From the IMG/VR virus record IMGVR_UViG_2541047854_000008: a stretch of DNA of 13,548 nt; one strand, written 5' to 3'. This DNA comes from a virus. Taxonomy: Duplodnaviria > Heunggongvirae > Uroviricota > Caudoviricetes. This document shows positions 1 to 7,496 of the stretch, piece by piece (positions within the stretch are counted from its first letter, which is position 1; each line of letters begins with the position of its first letter). The translations under genes were made by a program, and so were the position numbers. A model generated the notes under the pieces. That model made no database searches, had not been told where the DNA came from, and saw nothing but the letters and a program-made list of their open reading frames with translations.

Positions 1-234
1 CACTGGCACGTGGAGAATAAGCTGCACTGGCGTCTGGACGTGGTAATGAATGAAGACGACTGCAAAATAAGAAGAGGAAATGCAGCAGAATTATTTTCAG
101 GGATACGGCACATCGCTATTAATATTTTGACTAATGATAAGGTATTCAAGGCAGGGTTAAGACGTAAGATGCAAAAAGCAGCCATGGAGAGAAACTATCT
201 GGCGTCAGTCCTTGCGGGGAACGGGCTTTCGTAA
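1..234 (+). mobile_element. 3'-terminal part of an IS transposase gene (ISAs1/H-repeat-like DDE transposase); the rest of the gene and IS lie upstream of the window
   Basis: Frame 1 is open from nt 1 ([43 protein letters not shown]...) to TAA at 232-234. The HWxxENxLHWxLDVxxxED..R..G motif is the conserved C-terminal signature of this transposase class (recalled, not searched). The IS terminal inverted repeat cannot be placed without the other end. Confidence 0.55.
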
Positions 235-567
235 TCTTGCCCTGCCTGCTCACCTCCTCCAGGCACTTCCACTACATGATGACCTGCTCGGTGCCACCGC
301 TCCTTTTCACTATGACGTTAACCTCCCCGTCCCAGGACACCATGCTTTTGTCTACATTCTACGCAAACGGCAACTTTTATAACCAGTGTAAAAATAACGT
401 GCCGCAATAGTCATACCTATTAATGGTAAAAAGCTGTCACAATTCATAAAAAACCTTAATATACGCCACCCTAAACATAACCAGCGTTAATGTAAGGTTT
501 TTGTGTGGACTGGCTTCTTGATGTTTTTGCTACCTGGCTCTACGGCTTAAAAGTAATCGCGATAACG

Positions 568-1173
568 TTAGCGGTCATCATGTTCATCAGCGGGCTGGAC
601 GATTTTTTTATTGATGTCGTCTACTGGGTACGCCGCATTAAACGCAAGTTGAGTGTTTATCGCCGCTATCAGTTCATCCAGCGCGGCTGCTTTGTTCATG
701 GCTTTGATGATATCCCGTTTCAGGAAATCAACATGTCGGTTTTCCAGTTCCGGAAAACGCCGCTGCACCGACAGGGGGATCCCGTCGAGAATACTGGCAA
801 TTTCACCTGCGATCCGCGACAGCACGAAAGTACAGAATGCGGTTTCCACCACTTCAGCGGAGTCTCTGGCATTTTTCAGCTCCTGTGCGTCGGCCTGCGC
901 ACGCGTAAGTCGATGGCGTTCGTACTCAATAGTCCCTGGCTGGAGATCTGTCTCGCTGGCCTGCCGCAGTTCTTCAACTTCCCGGCGCAGCTTTTCGTTC
1001 TCAATTTCAGCATCCCTTTCGGCATACCATCTTATAACGGCGGCAGAGTCATAAAGCACCTCATTACCCTTGCCACCGCCTCGCAGAACGGGCATTCCCT
1101 GTTCCTGCCAGTTCTGAATGGTACGGATACTCGCACCGAAAATGTCAGCCAGCTGCTTTTTGTTGACTTCCAT
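568..1173 (-). CDS. nohD: Terminase small subunit Nu1 homolog (DNA-packaging protein), C-terminally altered
   Basis: The 201-aa translation matches lambda Nu1 essentially residue for residue through aa 169 (MEVNKKQLADIFGASIRTIQNWQEQGMPVLRGGGKGNEVLYDSAAV...KAMNKAAALDELI), then continues with 32 unrelated residues to a TAA. ATG at 1171-1173 is preceded by GGAATGAACA, as in lambda. No large-subunit (A) gene follows. Confidence 0.9.
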   Translation of the reverse strand: MEVNKKQLADIFGASIRTIQNWQEQGMPVLRGGGKGNEVLYDSAAVIRWYAERDAEIENEKLRREVEELRQASETDLQPGTIEYERHRLTRAQADAQELKNARDSAEVVETAFCTFVLSRIAGEIASILDGIPLSVQRRFPELENRHVDFLKRDIIKAMNKAAALDELIAAINTQLAFNAAYPVDDINKKIVQPADEHDDR

Positions 1174-1400
1174 TGTTCATTCCACGGCCAAAAACAGAGA
1201 AAGGAAACGACAGAGGCCCAAAAGCTCGTTTTCAGCACCTGTCGTTTCCTTTCTTTTCAGGGGGTATTTTAAATAAAAACATTAAGTTACGACGAAGAAG
1301 AACGGAAATGCCTTAAACCGGAAAATTTTCATAAATAGCGAAAACCCGCGAGGTCGCCGCCCCGTAACCTGTCGGATCGCCGGAAAGGACCCGCAAAATG
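1174..1400 (-). other. cos site: cosN 12-nt cohesive-end sequence at 1351..1362 (AGGTCGCCGCCC on + strand, GGGCGGCGACCT on - strand), with cosB between cosN and the nohD start and cosQ-side sequence at 1363..~1400
   Basis: The - strand of 1260..1362 reads as the lambda left end (GGGCGGCGACCTCGCGGGTTTTCGCTATTTATGAAAATTTTCCGG...), and the - strand of 1363..1395 matches the lambda right end (...GGGTCCTTTCCGG[C]GATCCGACAGGTTACG). The cosN-to-Nu1 start spacing of about 178 bp is as in lambda. Confidence 0.8.
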
Positions 1401-1561
1401 ATAATAATTATCATCTACATGTCACAACGTGCATCTACGCCATCAAACCACGTCAAATAATCAATTATGACGCAGGTATCGTATTAATTGATCTGCATCA
1501 ACTTAACGTAAAAACAACTTCAGACAATACAAATCAGCGACACTGAATACGGGGCAACCTC

Positions 1562-1756
1562 ATGTCAACTAAGAACAGAACCCGCAGAACAACAACCCGC
1601 AACATCCGCTTTCCTAACCAAATGATTGAACAAATTAACATCGCTCTTGAGCAAAAAGGGTCTGGGAATTTCTCAGCCTGGGTCATTGAAGCCTGCCGTC
1701 GGAGACTAACGTCAGAAAAGAGAGCATATACATCAATCCAGAGTGATGATGAATAA
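1562..1756 (+). CDS. ylcI: DUF3950-family small prophage protein (YlcI-like, 64 aa), lambda right-end ORF
   Basis: ATG at 1562 to TAA at 1754-1756. The translation MSTKNRTRRTTTRNIRFPNQMIEQINIALEQKGSGNFSAWVIEACRRRLTSEKRAYTSI... matches the K-12 DLP12 YlcI sequence and the lambda right-end sequence as I remember them. Confidence 0.8.
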   Translation: MSTKNRTRRTTTRNIRFPNQMIEQINIALEQKGSGNFSAWVIEACRRRLTSEKRAYTSIQSDDE

Positions 1757-2115
1757 ACATCCCGGTTTCTTCCACCATCGCACCGGAAAAGCGACTATGA
1801 GGGTAACCCTGCGTCTGTCAGCACAGTAAAACCCGGTGTGCATCGTTTTTGATTATTCCCGCACACTCACGCAGAAGGAATTCCCCGTCGGGCTACGGTC
1901 ATGGTTAATGCGGGAATACGGCGACGATACAGCGCAGCTAAAAGGGTAATGGACAGAAAGAGCGGTTTATTTCATTCCACAGGATTCTGAGTGCCCCCCT
2001 CCTCCAATAGGCTGAGCATCCACCTATATAGTTTTAATTTTCATCAATCCATTTAACTATCGTTTAATTGTTGTCACATAGGATTCTGCCGTTTTTAACA
2101 ATGCAGGATAATAAG

Positions 2116-2409
2116 ATGAAAAAAATGTTGTTTTCTGCCGCTCTGGCAATGCTTATTACAGGATGTGCTCAACAGACGTTTACTGTTGGAAACAAACCGA
2201 CAGCAGTAACACCAAAGGAAACCATCACCCATCACTTCTTCGTTTCGGGAATTGGACAGGAGAAAACTGTTGATGCAGCCAAAATTTGTGGCGGCGCAGA
2301 AAATGTTGTTAAAACAGAAACCCAGCAAACATTCGTAAATGGATTGCTCGGTTTTATTACTTTAGGCATTTATACTCCGCTGGAAGCGCGTGTGTATTGC
2401 TCACAATAA
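2116..2409 (+). CDS. borD: Bor lipoprotein (serum-resistance lipoprotein homolog), 97 aa with lipobox LITGC
   Basis: The ORF track starts at a TTG (2068). The Bor-like protein begins at ATG 2116 (MKKMLFSAALAMLITGCAQQTFTV...), preceded by AGGA 8 nt upstream, with a signal peptide and lipobox cysteine. Near-identical to lambda Bor and convergent with Rz as in lambda. Confidence 0.9.
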   Translation: MKKMLFSAALAMLITGCAQQTFTVGNKPTAVTPKETITHHFFVSGIGQEKTVDAAKICGGAENVVKTETQQTFVNGLLGFITLGIYTPLEARVYCSQ

Positions 2410-2440
2410 TTGCATGAGTTGCCCATCGATATGGGCAGCT

Positions 2441-2902
2441 CTATCTGCACTGCTCATTAATATACTTCTGGGTTCCTTCCAGTTGTTTTTGCATAGTGAT
2501 CAGCCTCTCTCTGAGGGTGAAATAATCCCGTTCAGCGGTGTCTGCCAGTCGGGGGGAGGCTGCATTATCCACGCCGGAGGCGGTGGTGGCTTCACGCACT
2601 GACTGACAGACTGCTTTGATGTGCAACCGACGACGACCAGCGGCAACATCATCACGCAGAGCATCATTTTCAGCTTTCGCATTAGCTAACTCCTTCGTGT
2701 ATTTTTCATCCAGTGCAGCAACATCACGCTGGCGCATCTGCATGTCAGTAATTGCCGCGTTCGCCAGCTTCAGTTCTCTGGCATTTTTGTCGCGCTGGGC
2801 TTTGTAGGTAATGGCGTTATCACGGTAATGATTAACAGCCCATGACAGGCAGACGATGATGCAGATAACCAGAGCGGAGATAATCGCGGTTACTCTGTTC
2901 AT
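2441..2902 (-). CDS. rzpD: Rz inner-membrane spanin (i-spanin), 153 aa
   Basis: The translation from ATG 2900-2902 ([64 protein letters not shown]...) is near-identical to lambda Rz. The ATG overlaps the rrrD TGA (ATGA). The track's GTG start at 2914 is judged to be an upstream extension. Confidence 0.9.
   Translation of the reverse strand: MNRVTAIISALVICIIVCLSWAVNHYRDNAITYKAQRDKNARELKLANAAITDMQMRQRDVAALDEKYTKELANAKAENDALRDDVAAGRRRLHIKAVCQSVREATTASGVDNAASPRLADTAERDYFTLRERLITMQKQLEGTQKYINEQCR
2500..2682 (-). CDS. rzoD: Rz1 outer-membrane lipoprotein spanin (o-spanin), 60 aa, embedded in Rz in the +1 frame
   Basis: The translation [60 protein letters not shown] has a lipobox (VVGC) and proline-rich stretch and is near-identical to lambda Rz1. 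It lies wholly inside the Rz ORF. Confidence 0.85.
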   Translation of the reverse strand: MRKLKMMLCVMMLPLVVVGCTSKQSVSQCVKPPPPPAWIMQPPPDWQTPLNGIISPSERG

Positions 2903-3396
2903 TGCTGACCCCACAAACAGATTTCACGCTCAATCTCACGACGAGTCATGAGACCTTTCCATTGCTTACCGCCAGCATATGTCCAGCGACGTAGCTGATC
3001 ACATGCGCCTTTGATATCGCCCTGGTTTATTTTGCGAAGAAGCGTCGATGTTCTGAAATTGCCAGCGCCCACGTTGTAAACGAACGAGTAAAGAGCGCCG
3101 CGCGTTGTTTCCGGTATATCAACTTTTATGTACGGGTTAATTTGTCTGGCGACCGTGGCAAGGTCTTTATTCAGGAGGGCTTTGCATTCTGCTTTGGTAT
3201 ACGTTTTACCGAGCATGATGTCTTTTCCTGTATGCCCGTGACATACAGTCCATACACCAACAATATCTTTGTATGGTATGTAGCTGACACCTTCCAGACC
3301 ATCGTTACCACTTGGGCCAGTGATTAACACTGATGCTATAGCAATTGCTCCGCCACCAATAGCAGCAGCAACGGCTTTTCGTAATGATGGAGGCAT
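2899..3396 (-). CDS. rrrD: Phage lysozyme (endolysin, T4-lysozyme-like GH24) with N-terminal signal-anchor-release (SAR) segment, 165 aa
   Basis: The translation [75 protein letters not shown]... has a Gly/Ala-rich weakly hydrophobic N-terminus (SAR) followed by a lysozyme catalytic region, matching K-12 RrrD and phage-21 R-type endolysin. RBS GAGGTG upstream; the ATG overlaps the essD stop. Confidence 0.9.
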   Translation of the reverse strand: MPPSLRKAVAAAIGGGAIAIASVLITGPSGNDGLEGVSYIPYKDIVGVWTVCHGHTGKDIMLGKTYTKAECKALLNKDLATVARQINPYIKVDIPETTRGALYSFVYNVGAGNFRTSTLLRKINQGDIKGACDQLRRWTYAGGKQWKGLMTRREIEREICLWGQQ

Positions 3397-3611
3397 TATT
3401 CACCTCTCGCAGCCTTGCGCTTATCTTCTTTAATCTTGAAATAAAGGTTTGTCAGGTACGTCAGCAGGCCAAATACCAGGCTACCCAGCACACCTATTGC
3501 TGCCCACTGTGAGGGCGTGACTTTATCGAGCAGCTGTAAAAACCAGTAACCGGCACTACCTGCTGAGGTGCCATAGGCGACACCCGTTGTTAACTTATCC
3601 ATGGATTTCAT
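3396..3611 (-). CDS. essD: Phage 21 S-type pinholin with dual-start motif MKSM, 71 aa
   Basis: ATG at 3609-3611 is preceded by GAGGTGGGG. The protein [71 protein letters not shown] has two transmembrane segments and a charged C-terminus. Met1 and Met4 fit the holin/antiholin dual start. The track's TTG at 3656 is judged an extension. Confidence 0.85.
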
Positions 3612-3656
3612 AACCCCACCTCGCAGACAAAGCGGGTGTAAATTGAGGGAATACAA

Positions 3657-4199
3657 CGTATCGCAAAAAAGCAGAAACGTAACAGACTCGGAGTCAGTGA
3701 ATAACTCAGGTATTGAGTTATCAGCTAATATCGAGACTCAAAAAATGGAAAAACCAGCTCGACGGCGGGTTTAAGCTGTGTGACGAAGTAACCACTCTTA
3801 ACAGCATAACCAATTTTTTACGTACGTAAACCACTGAATGATATTTATGAGAATGCTACCGAGTGTTCAAAACACCACCACAAATATATAAGAAAACCTC
3901 AACAAATAACCAATAAATAATTTCCGGCGTTATTTTTAGTTGATTTAAATTAAACCACCGAATTATAGAACCCCCATAAATAACAGCCATTAATATAAAT
4001 TAGCTAATAGGTTTATTTTTGTTCAAATAAGAGCCATAAATAGGTTTCGATAGAAAAAGTTCAGATAAAAATAGAGATCTACTTCACAAATTAAATGAGA
4101 AACTAAAACTTACATCTTGAAATAATCACATTGATTAGATGAATATTTATCGCGCAGTGACATCATTTTTTAATAATAGTTCAAAAAAAAGGGCTCACG
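3657..4199 (+). promoter_or_regulatory. Long AT-rich upstream region of the porin gene, presumed nmpC promoter/regulatory region; exact promoter not assigned
   Basis: About 540 bp without a credible ORF, visibly AT-rich, directly upstream of the nmpC ATG. Contains the short direct repeat CCATAAATA at 3974-3982 and 4034-4042. Porin genes typically have extended upstream regulatory regions. Confidence 0.3.
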
Positions 4200-5282
4200 A
4201 TGAAAAAATTAACAGTGGCAATTTCTGCTGTAGCTGCATCAGTACTGATGGCGATGTCTGCTCAGGCAGCTGAAATTTATAATAAAGACAGTAACAAGCT
4301 GGATCTGTACGGGAAAGTTAATGCCAAGCACTACTTTTCCTCTAACGATGCAGATGATGGTGATACTACTTATGCCCGTCTTGGCTTCAAAGGTGAAACC
4401 CAAATCAACGATCAACTGACTGGTTTCGGTCAGTGGGAATATGAATTCAAAGGCAACCGCGCTGAATCTCAAGGTTCCTCCAAAGACAAAACCCGTCTTG
4501 CATTTGCAGGCCTGAAATTCGGTGACTACGGCTCAATCGATTACGGCCGTAACTACGGTGTAGCATACGACATCGGTGCGTGGACTGACGTTCTGCCAGA
4601 ATTCGGTGGCGATACCTGGACCCAAACAGATGTGTTCATGACTGGTCGCACCACTGGTGTTGCAACCTATCGTAACAACGACTTCTTTGGTCTGGTCGAT
4701 GGCCTGAACTTTGCTGCTCAGTATCAGGGTAAAAATGACCGCACTGACGTAACTGAAGCCAATGGTGATGGTTTCGGTTTCTCCACTACTTATGAGTATG
4801 AAGGATTCGGCGTGGGTGCAACCTATGCTAAATCAGATCGCACTGACGGTCAGGTCGCCTATGGTAAGAGCAAATTCAATGCCTCCGGCAAAAATGCGGA
4901 AGTATGGGCTGCAGGCCTGAAATATGATGCGAACAATATCTATCTGGCTACCACATATTCTGAAACTCAGAATATGACCGTTTTTGGTAATAACCATATT
5001 GCAAACAAAGCACAAAACTTTGAAGCAGTAGCACAATATCAGTTTGACTTCGGTCTGCGACCATCTGTTGCTTACCTTCAGTCAAAAGGTAAAGACCTTG
5101 GTGTTCATGGTGACCGAGACTTAGTCAAGTATGTCGATGTCGGTGCTACTTACTACTTTAATAAAAACATGTCCACTTTTGTTGATTACAAAATCAACTT
5201 AATTGACGATAGTAAGTTTACCAAAACAGCTGGTATTGATACCGACGACATCGTCGCTGTAGGTCTGGTGTATCAGTTCTAA
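4200..5282 (+). CDS. nmpC: Outer-membrane general porin of the OmpC/OmpF/PhoE family (NmpC/OmpD-like), 360 aa, intact
   Basis: Signal peptide [23 protein letters not shown] followed by AEIYNKD..., and it ends in the porin C-terminal motif ...VGLVYQF. Full length with no interruption. Oriented opposite to the flanking late genes. Confidence 0.9.
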   Translation: MKKLTVAISAVAASVLMAMSAQAAEIYNKDSNKLDLYGKVNAKHYFSSNDADDGDTTYARLGFKGETQINDQLTGFGQWEYEFKGNRAESQGSSKDKTRLAFAGLKFGDYGSIDYGRNYGVAYDIGAWTDVLPEFGGDTWTQTDVFMTGRTTGVATYRNNDFFGLVDGLNFAAQYQGKNDRTDVTEANGDGFGFSTTYEYEGFGVGATYAKSDRTDGQVAYGKSKFNASGKNAEVWAAGLKYDANNIYLATTYSETQNMTVFGNNHIANKAQNFEAVAQYQFDFGLRPSVAYLQSKGKDLGVHGDRDLVKYVDVGATYYFNKNMSTFVDYKINLIDDSKFTKTAGIDTDDIVAVGLVYQF

Positions 5283-5290
5283 TCTGATTA

Positions 5291-5330
5291 CGAAAAAGAT
5301 ATGTTGCGGGAGGCTTTGCCTCCCCAACAT
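5291..5330 (-). terminator. Stem-loop with T-tract on the - strand: candidate tR'-like intrinsic terminator; may also terminate convergent nmpC
   Basis: Imperfect inverted repeat ATGTTGCGGGAGGC / GCCTCCCCAACAT at 5301-5330. On the - strand the stem is followed by ATCTTTTT. It sits about 140-180 nt downstream of the Q stop and 10-20 nt after the nmpC stop. Confidence 0.4.
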
Positions 5331-5471
5331 ATAAGTGGCTCCCTCAAGCCACTTCCTTTAGAAGCACAACCTTGCTTCTAACTATATAAACCTTCTGTTA
5401 TATATTACCCTTTATTTTTGGGGGCGTCTCAACGCCCCATTTTTAATAATTTTTAGTAAACAATTGGCATA
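5331..5471 (-). promoter_or_regulatory. Region expected to carry the Q-dependent late promoter (pR') and Q-utilisation site; individual elements not resolved
   Basis: In lambdoid phages pR'/qut lie immediately downstream of Q (established knowledge). The region holds several short hairpins (AGAAGCA/TGCTTCT, AGTGGCT/AGCCACT, GGGGCG/CGCCCC) and no ORF. No confident -35/-10 assignment could be made by eye. Confidence 0.3.
5420..5445 (+). terminator. GC-rich hairpin GGGGCG-tctcaa-CGCCCC followed by ATTTTT on the + strand; terminator-like, function ambiguous
   Basis: Perfect 6-bp GC stem with a 6-nt loop and a T-run on the + strand. On the - strand it is followed by an A-run, so it is only terminator-like in the + direction (possible distal nmpC terminator) or is part of the late-promoter leader structure. 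Confidence 0.3.
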
Positions 5472-5855
5472 TTAATTAGAGTTATTAACAACGATATCCA
5501 TCTCTAACCGGATATCTAATGCCATTAACATCCCTTCAATTATGCCCTCAGCCTTCTGTAACCTTTTCCCGATATAACCATCAGAGCAGCAATGCTTACC
5601 TGCCAGTGACATGAATGTCATACCGACTACATAATAATCTACTAATAAATCGTGCAAATCGCTGTTGTTCTTTTTCAGACGGGCCATGCACCCGCAAATG
5701 ATCATCGCGTCATCGTCACAACATTGCGGGCGAGATTTTACTTTTGAAGGAATTAATCCCTTAAAACCGGCGGCAATGGACGACCAGGTCACATCTTCAT
5801 GATTATTAGCCGCCCACGCTCCCCAACGCTCAAGAACCATCTGAATATCACGCAT
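5472..5855 (-). CDS. quuD: Late-gene antiterminator Q homolog, 127 aa
   Basis: ATG at 5853-5855 with GGAG 9 nt upstream. The translation [60 protein letters not shown]... matches K-12 QuuD as recalled. The track's TTG at 5870 is judged an extension. Confidence 0.9.
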   Translation of the reverse strand: MRDIQMVLERWGAWAANNHEDVTWSSIAAGFKGLIPSKVKSRPQCCDDDAMIICGCMARLKKNNSDLHDLLVDYYVVGMTFMSLAGKHCCSDGYIGKRLQKAEGIIEGMLMALDIRLEMDIVVNNSN

Positions 5856-5940
5856 CAACTTACTCCACAAAAATCAGACCAGAACGCCAATTACAAGCAA
5901 AAATCAATAAAACAGTATTAGTTGATTGTTATCTCTGACT

Positions 5941-6081
5941 TCATACTCCTGCTCCTGTCAGGGTTTTGGCGTAATTCCTCAGTATTCGGTAATCGGTCAA
6001 AACAGAACCGGGGAAACGATATAAGCGCAGGCGCATCCAGCGGTGGCGAAGACGTTCTGCCATATAAGACTCAAACATCAT
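5941..6081 (-). CDS. ylcG: Small prophage protein YlcG-like, 46 aa; missing from the ORF track (under 60 aa)
   Basis: Hand translation of the - strand gives [46 protein letters not shown], with ATG at 6079-6081 overlapping the rusA TGA (ATGA) and stop at 5941-5943. Position between rusA and Q matches ylcG in DLP12. Confidence 0.7.
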   Translation of the reverse strand: MMFESYMAERLRHRWMRLRLYRFPGSVLTDYRILRNYAKTLTGAGV

Positions 6082-6440
6082 TCATCTCCCAGTTCAGTGA
6101 TGGTCAGTTCCAGCTTCCCACCTTTGGTAACAGGCATCTTCACAACGCGGTAATCAACGACCAGCTCATCATCCAGCCAGAAACCTGCTTTAGTGAGTGC
6201 GTCAAAAGCGGCTTTTTGCAGATTATCCAGGTCACGGCGACGGCGATCCGGCATGTGGCACTCAATGCGGATTTTCACAGGCATAGCCAGGCCGATATCC
6301 AGCATTGCGTTTTTAATGATTCGGGCGACGTTATCGCGGTATGCCTGCCCCTCTGCGCTGACGTGCGTGCGCCCGCGATTATGGCGGTAATAGCGATTAT
6401 TGCTCGGAGGCCAGGGTAATGTGATGCTGTAGGTATTCAC
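6078..6440 (-). CDS. rusA: Holliday-junction resolvase RusA (crossover junction endodeoxyribonuclease), 120 aa
   Basis: The translation [91 protein letters not shown]... is recognisably RusA. Its start overlaps the ybcO stop. Confidence 0.95.
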   Translation of the reverse strand: MNTYSITLPWPPSNNRYYRHNRGRTHVSAEGQAYRDNVARIIKNAMLDIGLAMPVKIRIECHMPDRRRRDLDNLQKAAFDALTKAGFWLDDELVVDYRVVKMPVTKGGKLELTITELGDE

Positions 6441-6727
6441 GCCTTAATAACCCCCTCTTTCAGCCAGATAACCTGTGTTCTCGCCATACCTTCCAGCGCG
6501 CATTCTTTTGCATATGCAGCATCGACAAAATGTGTGCGGCGGTCGATTTCGTCGTGGCAGGCAGAACATGCAATGGTGGCAATCAGGTCTGGCGGTTTGG
6601 TACCGGTGCCGCACAATCCAGTCAGCCGGATATGTGCCAGTACAGACGTTTCAGGGTTGCCATTACATACGCCAGGGATTCTTACCTGGCATTCCCGACC
6701 ACGCGCTGCTTTTCTCAAATCAGCCAT
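6437..6727 (-). CDS. ybcO: DUF1364-family nin-region protein (YbcO-like), 96 aa, cysteine-rich putative nuclease/zinc-binding protein
   Basis: ATG at 6725-6727 preceded by GGAGG. The translation [66 protein letters not shown]... matches K-12 YbcO as recalled. The track's TTG at 6766 is an extension. Confidence 0.85.
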   Translation of the reverse strand: MADLRKAARGRECQVRIPGVCNGNPETSVLAHIRLTGLCGTGTKPPDLIATIACSACHDEIDRRTHFVDAAYAKECALEGMARTQVIWLKEGVIKA

Positions 6728-6890
6728 GATTCCTCCTTGCTGCCAGTCGCAACCATTTTTTATCAACCAGGCTGGCGGTATATCCGAGCAGTGTTGGTAT
6801 TTCGGATGGTTTCAGCTCAGGCTTACGCTTACGACGATTTGGTACTCTGTAGATGTGTCCGTTCATGACACGAATAAGCGGTGTAGCCAT
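6720..6890 (-). CDS. ninE: NinE-like small protein, 56 aa; missing from the ORF track (under 60 aa)
   Basis: Hand translation gives [56 protein letters not shown], recognisably lambda NinE. The ATG at 6888-6890 overlaps the ybcN TAA by 1 nt, and the stop at 6720-6722 overlaps the ybcO start region by 8 nt. Confidence 0.8.
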   Translation of the reverse strand: MATPLIRVMNGHIYRVPNRRKRKPELKPSEIPTLLGYTASLVDKKWLRLAARRNHG

Positions 6891-7345
6891 TACGCCTCCT
6901 GCTTGTCGCGCAGCAGCTGGAACTCGCAGCTCTGCGGAATAGTCAGGTGGCAGCCAATATTCATCGCCCAGGCTTCAACCTTACACAGGAAGACATACAT
7001 CTCTCCGGTATCAAGATTGGAGGTATGACGTAATGACTGAATGGTGGTGATTTCACCGGTTACGACATCAACCAGTTCTTTGGTTTCATAACCGAGATAA
7101 GTGTGTTTGAGAGCATCTTTTACCCAAGCTGGAGTGGCGAACGTTTTACCCCTGCTGATGAGGTATTCACTGATTTCGCTGTACCACATGTGGCTGAGTG
7201 CATTCTGGGAAAGACTGCGTCTCTCGCGCCACGGTTTAAGCACCATGCGAAAGCATTTGCCGTCCTCCAGATAAGGCTGGATCTGCCGACCGATAGCGGT
7301 GAAGTTACCGCGATGCAATTTGATACCATCTTGTGGGAGGTTCAC
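6890..7345 (-). CDS. ybcN: NinB/Orf-family recombination protein (YbcN-like), 151 aa, GTG start
   Basis: The translation [62 protein letters not shown]... matches K-12 YbcN as recalled. GTG at 7343-7345 is preceded by GGAGGTGAAGC. Confidence 0.85.
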   Translation of the reverse strand: MNLPQDGIKLHRGNFTAIGRQIQPYLEDGKCFRMVLKPWRERRSLSQNALSHMWYSEISEYLISRGKTFATPAWVKDALKHTYLGYETKELVDVVTGEITTIQSLRHTSNLDTGEMYVFLCKVEAWAMNIGCHLTIPQSCEFQLLRDKQEA

Positions 7346-7443
7346 GCTTCACCTCCGCAGAGATCAAACGCTGGATGCAAAATATCGCAGGTGCATTTCT
7401 GCATCTGTGAATGGAGAAGAGAGGTTGGATTGTATGTGCGCAT
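7342..7443 (-). CDS. Possible small ORF (33 aa) translationally coupled to ybcN; may be the K-12 ylcH equivalent. Speculative
   Basis: ATG at 7441-7443 to TGA at 7342-7344, giving [33 protein letters not shown]. The stop overlaps the ybcN GTG (GTGA). No recognisable RBS or homolog; the call rests on position only. Confidence 0.25.
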   Translation of the reverse strand: MRTYNPTSLLHSQMQKCTCDILHPAFDLCGGEA

Positions 7444-7465
7444 AAACGTCCCCGTTTAGCGCAGA

Positions 7466-7496
7466 AGTCACCGGAGGAGTTCAAACTCCGGTGACT
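7466..7496 (-). terminator. Perfect 11-bp stem-loop (AGTCACCGGAG - 9-nt loop - CTCCGGTGACT) downstream of the HNH-motif gene; possible terminator or regulatory hairpin
   Basis: Inverted repeat read directly from the sequence. It lies between the stop of the 260-aa gene (7538) and the nin-gene block. There is no clear U-tract on the - strand and TTAATTAT follows on the + strand, so terminator function is uncertain. Confidence 0.3.

Noticed and set aside
653-1238. ORFs 653..1054 (+) and 1032..1238 (-) overlapping nohD and cos
   Set aside because: Out-of-frame or antisense overlaps of nohD with low-complexity Ser/Arg-rich translation. The second runs across the cos site, where lambda has no gene.
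505-1272. 255-aa + strand ORF
   Set aside because: Lies entirely antisense to the well-supported nohD (Nu1) gene and the cos region. No RBS and no recognisable motif; an antisense artefact of a long ORF.
2068-2115. Upstream extension of bor from a TTG at 2068
   Set aside because: The Bor signal peptide begins at the ATG at 2116, which has an AGGA RBS and matches lambda Bor. The 16 extra residues are a track artefact.
2095-2807. ORFs 2095..2328 (-), 2390..2602 (+) and 2616..2807 (+)
   Set aside because: Antisense to borD or Rz/Rz1, whose identities are secure. Only Rz1 (2500..2682, -) is a real embedded gene.
3142-3327. 61-aa + strand ORF inside rrrD
   Set aside because: Antisense to the endolysin gene, with no RBS.
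3612-3656. 15-codon upstream extension of essD from a TTG at 3656
   Set aside because: The pinholin dual-start motif MKSM and a strong GAGGTG RBS identify 3611 as the start.
4239-5036. ORFs 4239..4472 (-) and 4833..5036 (-) inside nmpC
   Set aside because: Antisense to the intact porin gene; no support.
5922-6419. 165-aa + strand ORF and the 65-aa ORF at 6193..6390
   Set aside because: Antisense to rusA and ylcG, which are confidently identified.
6475-7459. + strand ORFs 6475..6729, 6530..6868, 6534..7028, 7103..7459 and - strand ORF 7120..7329
   Set aside because: All overlap ybcO, ninE and ybcN antisense or out of frame. The translations are Arg/Cys/Trp-rich, typical of wrong-frame reading of coding DNA.
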